Source: an uncultured Gemmatimonadales bacterium (GTDB lineage: Bacteria > Gemmatimonadota > Gemmatimonadetes > Longimicrobiales > RSA9). Taken from it: a stretch of DNA of 64,000 nt. Each line of letters starts with the position of its first letter. The first letter of the stretch is position 1. Position numbers and translations under genes: made by a program. Of this stretch, positions 41,553 through 49,105 are shown one piece after another. The notes below the pieces were generated by a model, which ran no database searches, was not told the origin of the DNA, and saw nothing but the letters and a program-made list of their open reading frames with translations. The DNA lies in NCBI GenBank assembly GCA_963783305.1, contig CAWAMW010000017.1:96001-160000 (forward strand). The letters are read 5' to 3'.

Positions 41553-43772
41553 TCACCGCGCGAACGTGTGGATGTACTTCAGCGCGATCGCCCGGCGCTG
41601 TGACCGGGGCAGCTCCAGCGCCGGCACCGCGTGCAGGTCCTTGTTGACCTGGTCGTTGATCACCAGCCACAGGTCCCGACCCTCGGAGAAGCGGTAGCGG
41701 ATCCGACCGTTCACCGCGACAACGTTCGCCGCGTGGTTGTACTGGACGAACGCCGCGCCGGAGAGACTCCGGTTGACGGCCACCGTCGCCCGCAGTCGCG
41801 CGATGTCGGCGTTCAGGGACTGGCCGCGCTCTTCGAAGTGGATCCGGCTCCAGTTGTACTCGAAGCCCAGGTCCAGGTGCTCGGACAGCGTGGTCGAGGG
41901 CGCGAAGGACGCCGTCCACATGGTGCCGTCGTAGAAGCTGCCCAGGCTGCCGGTAACGTCGAACCGGTACCGGTGGGAGTCGGACGCGAACAGGTACGCG
42001 CCGAGGCGCTGCCACTCGTGGACGCCTTCCGGGACCAACGCCGCGCCCCCGCCGAGCTGCAGGTCGAACGGCAGCCGCTCGTAGCTGCTGGACGCGACCA
42101 GGAACCCGCCGTACCCGACCTTCAGGGCGTAGTTCAGGTAGAGGTTGGCGGAGCGGGTCTCGAGCTCATGGCCAGCCTCGTCGCCCGAAGGGTTCCCCCA
42201 GTGCGACGACACGTTCAAGCTCGGCTGGATGTACGTGAACGCCGTCGCCTCGCCGGGGAACCAGCCGTACCGGAGGTTCGCGTTCGCGTAGGTATAGTCA
42301 TTTCGCGGCGCGAACCCCAGCTCCGGGGCGTAGGCCGCACCCACGCGGCGGAGCTCGCCGGCATAGACCAGCCCCTGGTTCGAGCGGCGCTCGTACCGCA
42401 GCCGGGCCAGGCCGCTCTCGGACCCGGCGAAGTCCAGCCCCGGCGCCGACGACTGCGACCACTGGGCGGTCAGGTAGTCGTTCCCGAACGCCCGGACCTG
42501 GGCGTCGACGCCGTACGACGCGCGGTCGCCACCGGGACCGAGACGGCTCGTGACGATCCCCCCGACGTACGATCCGGCCTTCCCCACCGACCGGCGCACA
42601 CGGAACACTCCCAGGTTCTCCGACCCGTCCCCGGTCGCGTCCTCCGCCTGCATGTCGATCAGCCCGAAGTCCCAGCCGCTCGCCCGGCCCACCACGCGCC
42701 CGCCGCCGTAGATGCGGAGCGCCCGTCCCGTCGGATCCAGCCCGATGCGACGGGAGTGGAAGACGCGGCCGTCGCCGGTATCGAAGGAGAAGGTCCCCGC
42801 CCGCTCCTGGAAGAACTGCCGCTTCTCGGGGTAGAAGAGCGAGAATCGGGTGAGGTTCACCTGCTGGTCGTCCGCCTCCACCTGCGCGAAGTCGGTGTTC
42901 ACCGTCAGGTCCACGGCCAGGTTGGGCGACGGGCTCCACTTGAGGTCTCCGCCCACCTCGAGGGACGTCACCGTGTGCGCGTCGAACCCGGTCCCTGGCT
43001 CATTGGGCCTGTTGTCCCGCTGGTGGCCGGTCAGGCCGTAGGGCGAGACGTACAGGGGCGCCCGCGGCACCACGTCGCGCAGCACGATCGTCCGGGCCAG
43101 AGACGGCCGCTGCTGCGCCGACGAGAACCTCGGTGAAAGCACGGGGAACGTCGCCCGCTCCGCGCTCTTGGCGATGAACCGGCTGGCCATCAGCCCCATC
43201 TCCACCCGCCCCTCCGCGCCCACCTCGACGCGCAGGCTCGAGAACGGGATCCGCATCTCCGCCGTCCAGCCGGTTGCGGTCCGGGTGGTCGCCGCGTCCC
43301 AGAACGCGTTCCAGCTGTCGTTCGAGCTCTGCCCGTCGTTCTCGATGGCCCGGTCCACCAGGATGCCCGCGGGCGTGGTGGTGAACTCGACGGCGGTCTC
43401 CTCGTCGTTGAACGTGTCCAGCAGCAGGGTCAGTGCGTTGTCGCCCGCGAGCCGGTCCCGGGTCAGGGAGTGGCTCCGCACGTCCGCCGCTACGCTCCCG
43501 TGCAGTCGCGCCCCCAAATAGAGCGCCTCGTCGTCGTGGGCGATCCACAGTTCTGTCTCCTCCGACGGCCGGGCCCCGGCCACGGGCGTGAACTGCACCA
43601 GCGGCAGCGGGGTCGCGCGGGCCCATTCGGTCTCCGTCAGGCGACCGTCCAGCTCGATGGGGGCGGTGAGGCGGTATATGGGGAGCGGGGGCTCCGACTG
43701 CTGGGCGGCCGCGGCCGCCGCCGTGGCGATCAGGGTCGCGATGGCGACCGCTGCGACGAATCTGCCTTTCAT
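41553..43772 (-). CDS. CBM9-like + DUF5916 outer-membrane protein
   Basis: ATG 43772; IELDGRLTE..W, GWTAEMRIPFSSLR, DLTVNTDFAQVEADDQQVNLTRFSLFYPEKRQFF, FHSRRIG. Confidence 0.9.
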   Translation of the reverse strand: MKGRFVAAVAIATLIATAAAAAAQQSEPPLPIYRLTAPIELDGRLTETEWARATPLPLVQFTPVAGARPSEETELWIAHDDEALYLGARLHGSVAADVRSHSLTRDRLAGDNALTLLLDTFNDEETAVEFTTTPAGILVDRAIENDGQSSNDSWNAFWDAATTRTATGWTAEMRIPFSSLRVEVGAEGRVEMGLMASRFIAKSAERATFPVLSPRFSSAQQRPSLARTIVLRDVVPRAPLYVSPYGLTGHQRDNRPNEPGTGFDAHTVTSLEVGGDLKWSPSPNLAVDLTVNTDFAQVEADDQQVNLTRFSLFYPEKRQFFQERAGTFSFDTGDGRVFHSRRIGLDPTGRALRIYGGGRVVGRASGWDFGLIDMQAEDATGDGSENLGVFRVRRSVGKAGSYVGGIVTSRLGPGGDRASYGVDAQVRAFGNDYLTAQWSQSSAPGLDFAGSESGLARLRYERRSNQGLVYAGELRRVGAAYAPELGFAPRNDYTYANANLRYGWFPGEATAFTYIQPSLNVSSHWGNPSGDEAGHELETRSANLYLNYALKVGYGGFLVASSSYERLPFDLQLGGGAALVPEGVHEWQRLGAYLFASDSHRYRFDVTGSLGSFYDGTMWTASFAPSTTLSEHLDLGFEYNWSRIHFEERGQSLNADIARLRATVAVNRSLSGAAFVQYNHAANVVAVNGRIRYRFSEGRDLWLVINDQVNKDLHAVPALELPRSQRRAIALKYIHTFAR

Positions 43773-43962
43773 GACTTCTCCGAGTGCGGAACGGCGTGCA
43801 GTGCGGGGTTCCTGCGAGGGGAAACGCCCAAGATATTCCGACGCGCCGGTGCCGCCCTGTCCATGGTGCGGACGGCGCAGGACCGGGACGAGCGGCCTGG
43901 GTGGCGCCCCCAGGCGGCTGTGGTTCGGCCCGGCGGCTGGGAGGGTCAACGGCCCCTGTGAT

Positions 43963-44172
43963 TCAAAGAGCCCTACGCAATGAGAGAGCGACCGCGCCCA
44001 CCAGGGCGATCGCCGACGCCACGCTCAACAGGGTGATCATCGTTCGATCCGCCGATGGGAGTCCGTGCCCATGCGCGCCGGAGGTGACCCAGATAGCCAC
44101 GGCCAGAAGGGCGAGTACGACGGCGAGCGCCAGCAGAATGATCGGCAGGTGCCTGAGGGCGCTACTCCTCAC
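43963..44172 (-). CDS. Small two-TM membrane protein
   Basis: Two clear hydrophobic helices in 69 aa. Confidence 0.55.
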   Translation of the reverse strand: MRSSALRHLPIILLALAVVLALLAVAIWVTSGAHGHGLPSADRTMITLLSVASAIALVGAVALSLRRAL

Positions 44173-44248
44173 ATGATTTCACCCACAGGTTCCTGTCCGC
44201 GGTTAAGAAAGGTGCCATCCGGTCCCGCACAAGCGTTGTCCAAACCCG

Positions 44249-44659
44249 TCACGGGGTGATCCAACCAGCGAACGGGCGGAGTCCCATGGATACGCTGCTG
44301 TGGGCGGTCGGTCCCTCTGTCGCCGCAAGGCCCCTGCCTTCGGTGCCCGATCCAGGGGGCCCGAGGCAGACGCTATCCCCCGGGAAGCGCAGCGGTGTCA
44401 CGGGCGGGTCCAGCCCGTCGAGGAACTCGAGAACACCGTCCCACCCGCCGTGCCGTGCCACGAAGCCCCTCGCGTAGTCCGGCGCCGGAAGGTGGGCGAG
44501 GAGGACGGCGCCGGGGGCCACGGCCTCGACGGCGGCGCCGGCCCACGAGCCGTCGAACACGTACCACCCTGGAAGCACCGCATAGATCTCCCTCCTCACT
44601 TCCTCCAGAAACCGGGCCCGCTCTGCCGCCACGGAGTCCGTTATCTCGACAGTAGGCAT
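44249..44659 (-). CDS. Hypothetical protein
   Basis: ATG-started ORF with protein-like N-terminal half; no recognised motif. Confidence 0.4.
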   Translation of the reverse strand: MPTVEITDSVAAERARFLEEVRREIYAVLPGWYVFDGSWAGAAVEAVAPGAVLLAHLPAPDYARGFVARHGGWDGVLEFLDGLDPPVTPLRFPGDSVCLGPPGSGTEGRGLAATEGPTAHSSVSMGLRPFAGWITP

Positions 44660-44742
44660 TCTGCCGGACTCAGCGGTTGCCCGTGAGGGCAACGCGTACT
44701 CTTCGGAGGGGACCCGGGGCCAAGAACGGGAAGGGCGATCTA

Positions 44743-44780
44743 CAAAAAATTAGCCCGCACCGTAAATGACGGTGCGGGTT
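44743..44780 (-). terminator. Rho-independent terminator of the tRNA/rnpB transcript
   Basis: CCCGCACCGT-loop-ACGGTGCGGG followed by CTAATTTTTT on minus strand. Confidence 0.85.
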
Positions 44781-44793
44781 CGGTTTAGAAGAG

Positions 44794-44867
44794 TACGCCC
44801 GACAGGATTCGAACCTGTGACCTCTTGCTCCGGAGGCAAGCGCTCTATCCAACTGAGCTACGGGCGC
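44794..44867 (-). tRNA. tRNA-Arg (anticodon CCG), CCA not encoded
   Basis: GCGCCCGTAGCTCAGTTGGATAGAGCG-CTTGC-CTCCGGA-GCAAG-AGGTC-ACAGG-TTCGAAT-CCTGT-CGGGCGTA cloverleaf. Confidence 0.97.
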
Positions 44868-44930
44868 TTCGCGTCCGTAGCTCAGGCTCGTCGCGCCGTA
44901 CGGCGTAACGAGCGTGGTCTACGAACGGTG

Positions 44931-45325
44931 TGGGAAGCGATATAAGCCGAGTTCTGTCCCCGTCCTTGCGGCCGGGGGCGGACCATTTCTCTACGACGAC
45001 GGTTACCCGCCGCCTCCAGCAGCCTACCCGGGGCTTGTGCCGTGTCGCCACGCGCGACGCGGGCCGCGTCTTCACCCCTGCTTGGCCTTGCTCCGGGTGG
45101 GGTTTACCATGCGACGGCTGTTGCCAGCCCCCCCGGTGGTCTCTTACACCACCCTTTCACCCTTACCTGTGATCGCGCCCGAAGGCGACGACCCATCGGC
45201 GGTCTGCTCTCTGTGGCACTTTCCAGCGCCTCGCGACGTCCGGGCGTTACCCGGCACCCTGCCCTGTGGAGCTCGGACTTTCCTCGCCCGCCCCTGAGGG
45301 CGACCGCGGTCCGCGCTCGCTTCCC
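44931..45325 (-). ncRNA. rnpB: RNase P RNA (type A)
   Basis: GAGGAAAGTCCGAGC near 5' end, AGTGCCACAGA, GGTAAACCCC..GAGCAAGG, ACAGAACTCGGCTTA near 3' end; P1 GGGAAGCG/CGCTTCCC. Confidence 0.97.
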
Positions 45326-45342
45326 GTATTGTCAAACAGCAG

Positions 45343-45416
<74 letters not shown>

Positions 45417-45471
45417 ATACATGTGAGCGGCTCCAGCGCAAGCCATGGGCCGGAGCGCCACCGAGCCGTTT

Positions 45472-45500
45472 AAATTAGGGCAACTGGAGTATTTGGTCAA
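45472..45500 (-). promoter_or_regulatory. sigma70 promoter for tRNA-rnpB-tRNA
   Basis: TTGACC-17nt-TAATTT, ~55 nt upstream of tRNA-Arg(ACG). Confidence 0.75.
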
Positions 45501-45550
45501 TCGCGGGCGGGCATAATCGACCGTAAGAAGTACCCATCCAAGCGAACGCA

Positions 45551-45590
45551 CCGGGCTCGTGGGTGCGGGCACCCGCACCCACGAGCCCGG
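45551..45590. terminator. 19-bp perfect inverted repeat downstream of the Ig lipoprotein gene
   Basis: CCGGGCTCGTGGGTGCGGG-CA-CCCGCACCCACGAGCCCGG; no clear U-tract. Confidence 0.55.
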
Positions 45591-45618
45591 GGTGACATTC
45601 AGCAGGGGTTCGTGCGCG

Positions 45619-47058
45619 CTACCCGTCGTGACTCGCCACGAGGCTCACATCCGTGTAGGCCGCGTGCCCGCGCAGCATGATATACCAGTTGCCAGCGGCC
45701 GGGGAAGCGACGGTGCAGGTTTCCCCGTTCCCGGTGCGGAGCGGCCGACAGTCGTAGGTGAACTCCGCGGGAAGCGAGCCGCGCCGGATGTAGAGGTCCG
45801 CGTCCCCGGTGCCCCCGGACGTGGATATCGTCAGCTGGGTCGCGCCCGTGGGCACCGCGATGGCGTAGTATCGAACGCTCTCTGCCCCGCCGCCGATCCC
45901 CGTCACCGTTACGCCGTTCGACAGCTCCTGGATCTGAGCGACGACGAGGCTGAGCGTGCGCGAGTGGCTCGCGGCCGCTTCGTCGGTCACACGTACCGTG
46001 AAGGTGGAGCTGCCGATCGTCGTCGGTGTGCCCGAGATGAGCCCGCCCGAAGACAGCGCGAGACCCTGGGGCAGCGTCCCCTGGGCCACGTTCCAGGTAT
46101 ACGCGCCGGTCCCGCCGGTAGCCTGAAGCTGCGCTCCGTAGGGCTCCCCGACGTTCCCGGGCCGGACGCTGACGGTCTGGATCGTGGGCGCCCGCTCCAC
46201 CAGGAGGGAGAGGGATCGGGTCGCGGTCCGGCCGGCGCCATCGGTGACCTGGGCGCCGAAGGTGAAATCCCCACCATTGGCCGGAGCTCCCATCAGGGCT
46301 CCGCTCGCGGTCAGGGCCATGCCCGCAGGCAACGCTCCGCTGTCCACGGTCCAGGTATAGGCGCCATCGCCACCGGTGGCCAAGAGCTGTGCGGCGTAAT
46401 CCCGACCTTCTGTGGCGGTGGGGAGGGTGCTGGCCGCAACGGCGAGGGGAGCGCGAACGACCATGGGGATCTGGCGTGACGTCTGCTGGCCCGACTCGTC
46501 GGCCAGCGCGATCGATACCGTGAATGCTCCCGCTGCCGGCGGCGTACCGGCGAGCGTTCCGTCCGACGAGACCGTGAGCCAGGCGGCCGCCTCGCCCGTC
46601 AGACTCCAGATGAGCGCACCGCGACCGCCGACCGCCTGGAGCTGAGCGGAGTAATCCTCGTCCACCTCAGCGTCCGGCAGTGTCCATGTGTGGACCGCCA
46701 GCGCCTGCACTACCTCCATGATCAGGTCCGCCGTAGCGCTCTGCCCTCCCGCATCCGCTGCGCGGACGCGAAAGCTGGAGGTTCCTGCACCAACGGGCGT
46801 TCCGGAGATCCACCCTGCCGGCGAGAGCGTCAGGCCGGCTGGGAGGCTGCCGGCAGCGAGGACCCAGCTATAGCCGCCACTTCCGCCCGTGGCCTCCAGC
46901 TGGTGAGTGTACCCCTGGTCTTCGATCGCCTCTGTCAGGCTCTCGGTCTCAATGGAGATCGGCTCCATGGGTGCGGTGGGGTCAACGCTGTCGCCGCACG
47001 AGGCGGTCACCAGCAGGCTCGACAGCACGACGAGCGCTGTTCGGATCGAGGCGTTCAT
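45619..47058 (-). CDS. Lipoprotein with four putative Ig (He_PIG) repeats and C-terminal PPC domain
   Basis: VTASC lipobox; 4x LxATGGxGxYxW..GxLPxGL.L..G.ISGTP; TSGGTGDADLYIRRG..YDCRP..GNGETC..AGNWYIM. Confidence 0.9.
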   Translation of the reverse strand: MNASIRTALVVLSSLLVTASCGDSVDPTAPMEPISIETESLTEAIEDQGYTHQLEATGGSGGYSWVLAAGSLPAGLTLSPAGWISGTPVGAGTSSFRVRAADAGGQSATADLIMEVVQALAVHTWTLPDAEVDEDYSAQLQAVGGRGALIWSLTGEAAAWLTVSSDGTLAGTPPAAGAFTVSIALADESGQQTSRQIPMVVRAPLAVAASTLPTATEGRDYAAQLLATGGDGAYTWTVDSGALPAGMALTASGALMGAPANGGDFTFGAQVTDGAGRTATRSLSLLVERAPTIQTVSVRPGNVGEPYGAQLQATGGTGAYTWNVAQGTLPQGLALSSGGLISGTPTTIGSSTFTVRVTDEAAASHSRTLSLVVAQIQELSNGVTVTGIGGGAESVRYYAIAVPTGATQLTISTSGGTGDADLYIRRGSLPAEFTYDCRPLRTGNGETCTVASPAAGNWYIMLRGHAAYTDVSLVASHDG

Positions 47059-47211
47059 GGTTCATGTTCTCCAGAAGGGGGGAGGCCGAGGGAGAAGACC
47101 AGCCCCGGCGCATTTCCCCACAGTCTAGGGGGCGGGGATTAATCCCCGATTAAATGAGGAGGACCGGATCGGCGCTCGCGCGACCGTGTGCCCCTCCCCA
47201 CCTTTCCCGTC

Positions 47212-49083
47212 ATGCTCGACCTGCTCATCGTCCTCGCCTTCATAGCCTACGCGCTGACGTCTGGTCTGCGGGCCCGCCGGAAGGCCTCCGAGTCGCTCGA
47301 CGAGTACTTCCTCGCGGGCAAGACGCTGAAGGGGTGGCAGGCGGGGACGAGCATGGCCGCCACGCAGTTCGCCGCCGACACACCCCTGCTCGTCACCGGT
47401 CTCATCGCCACCGCCGGCATCTACGCGGTGTGGCGGCTCTGGATCTACGGGATCGCCTTCCTGCTGCTCGCGTTCGTGTTCGCCGCGCACTGGCGGAGGG
47501 CGGGTGTGCTCACCGACGCAGAGTTGACGGAGATCCGCTACAGCGGCCGGGGCGTTCTCTTCCTCCGGGTCCTCAAGGCCATCTACTACGGAACAGTCAT
47601 CAACTGCGTAGTTCTCGCCATGGTGCTGGTGGCGGCGATCCGCATCGCTGAGGTCTTCCTGCCATGGCACCTCTGGCTCCCTCCCGGGATCTACGACCCC
47701 GTGCTGGACCTCGTCCGCGCGGTGGGCGTGCCGCTCTGGTCGGAGGCGACGGAGCTGGGGCCATGGACGGCGACGGCCAACAACCTCATCAGCATCGCGG
47801 CGATCCTGCTCTTCACCTCCCTGTACTCCATGACGGGCGGTCTGCGCAGTGTGGTGGCCACGGACGTCGGGCAGTTCTCATTGGCCATGATCGGCACCGC
47901 GGTGTACGCCTGGATCGTCGTCGGGGAGGCGGGCGGGCTCGCGGCGCTGCCCACTCGGCTGAACGAGATCTACGGGAACGCCGAGGCGGCCCGAATGCTC
48001 TCGTTCTCGCCACCACCAGGCGAGGCGCTGCTCCCGTTCCTGGTGATCATCGGTCTCCAGTGGTTCTTCCAGATGAACAGCGACGGGACCGGCTACCTGG
48101 CGCAGCGAAGCATGGCGTGTGAGACCACCGCCGATGCGCGCGTGGCGGGGGTGGTCTTCGCGTGGCTCCAGATCTTCCTGCGGAGCCTGTTCTGGCTGGG
48201 AATCGCCGTCGCGTTGCTCGTCCTCTACCCGTTCGATCCGGCCATGGCCGCGACGGACGGGTTCGCCGCATCGCGAGAGATCCTGTTCGTCGTGGGGATC
48301 GAGGACTACCTCCCGCCCGGCCTCCGCGGCCTCATGCTCACGGGGCTCCTCGCCGCGCTGGCCTCGACGGTGGACACGCACCTGAACTGGGGAGCGAGCT
48401 ACTGGAGCAACGACGTCTACAAGCGACTGATCAGTCAGGAGTGGCTCGAACGGGAGCCGGGTCAGCGTGAGCTGGTGGTCGTGGCACGCCTGTCCAACGT
48501 GCTCATCCTGGGCATTGGGTTGGCGGTCATGGCGAACCTCGGCTCCATCCAGACCGCGTGGTTCATCTCGCTCCTGTTCGGCGCCGGGATGGGCTCTGTG
48601 CTGGTGCTGCGGTGGCTCTGGGAGCGGATCAACCTGTACTCGGAGCTGGCGGCCATGGCTACATCCCTGGCCGCCGCCCCCATCCTCCTCATGACCACCG
48701 ACCAGGAATGGATCCGACTCGGTTCCATGGCGCTACTGTCGACCGCGGCAGCCATGGGCATCACCTTCGTTACGCGACCTACCGCCACGGCCGTGCTGGA
48801 CCGCTTCTACCGGGAGGTGGAGCCGGATGGATTCTGGGGTCCGACGGCCGCGCGGCTCGGGTACGATCGCCGGGCGCCGATCCTGCGCCTGCGCCGAGCG
48901 CTGGGATCGACGGTCCTCGCGGCGGCATCACTCTTCCTGCTCCTGGTGGGCGCCGGGCAGCTGCTCATCCGGTCGAGCACCCGGGGAATCGCCCTGCCCG
49001 TGCTCATGCTGGGGCTGGGGCTCGCGCTCATCCCGCTGTGGCTGCGCCGGCTCCACGGCGCTGAGTCGCAGCCTCGGCACTGA
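47212..49083 (+). CDS. Sodium:solute symporter (SSS)
   Basis: EYFLAGK..SMAATQFAADTPL, GGLRSVVATD, LAALASTVDTHLNWG; many TM helices. Confidence 0.93.
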   Translation: MLDLLIVLAFIAYALTSGLRARRKASESLDEYFLAGKTLKGWQAGTSMAATQFAADTPLLVTGLIATAGIYAVWRLWIYGIAFLLLAFVFAAHWRRAGVLTDAELTEIRYSGRGVLFLRVLKAIYYGTVINCVVLAMVLVAAIRIAEVFLPWHLWLPPGIYDPVLDLVRAVGVPLWSEATELGPWTATANNLISIAAILLFTSLYSMTGGLRSVVATDVGQFSLAMIGTAVYAWIVVGEAGGLAALPTRLNEIYGNAEAARMLSFSPPPGEALLPFLVIIGLQWFFQMNSDGTGYLAQRSMACETTADARVAGVVFAWLQIFLRSLFWLGIAVALLVLYPFDPAMAATDGFAASREILFVVGIEDYLPPGLRGLMLTGLLAALASTVDTHLNWGASYWSNDVYKRLISQEWLEREPGQRELVVVARLSNVLILGIGLAVMANLGSIQTAWFISLLFGAGMGSVLVLRWLWERINLYSELAAMATSLAAAPILLMTTDQEWIRLGSMALLSTAAAMGITFVTRPTATAVLDRFYREVEPDGFWGPTAARLGYDRRAPILRLRRALGSTVLAAASLFLLLVGAGQLLIRSSTRGIALPVLMLGLGLALIPLWLRRLHGAESQPRH

Positions 49084-49105
49084 CAGAAATTCCCGGCACT
49101 CCCAC

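Larger units (their letters stand above)
15585..44836. mobile_element. ~29.2 kb genomic island integrated in tRNA-Arg(CCG), decayed, no intact integrase seen
   Basis: Flanking 47-bp tRNA-derived direct repeat; many frameshifted or truncated genes inside. Confidence 0.85.

Noticed and set aside
15632..44789. Prophage, ICE or defence island
   Set aside because: No structural, conjugation, nuclease/ATPase or transposase motifs recognised
45551..45590. REP/MITE family
   Set aside because: Single copy seen in the window and no target duplication; position fits a gene-end hairpin
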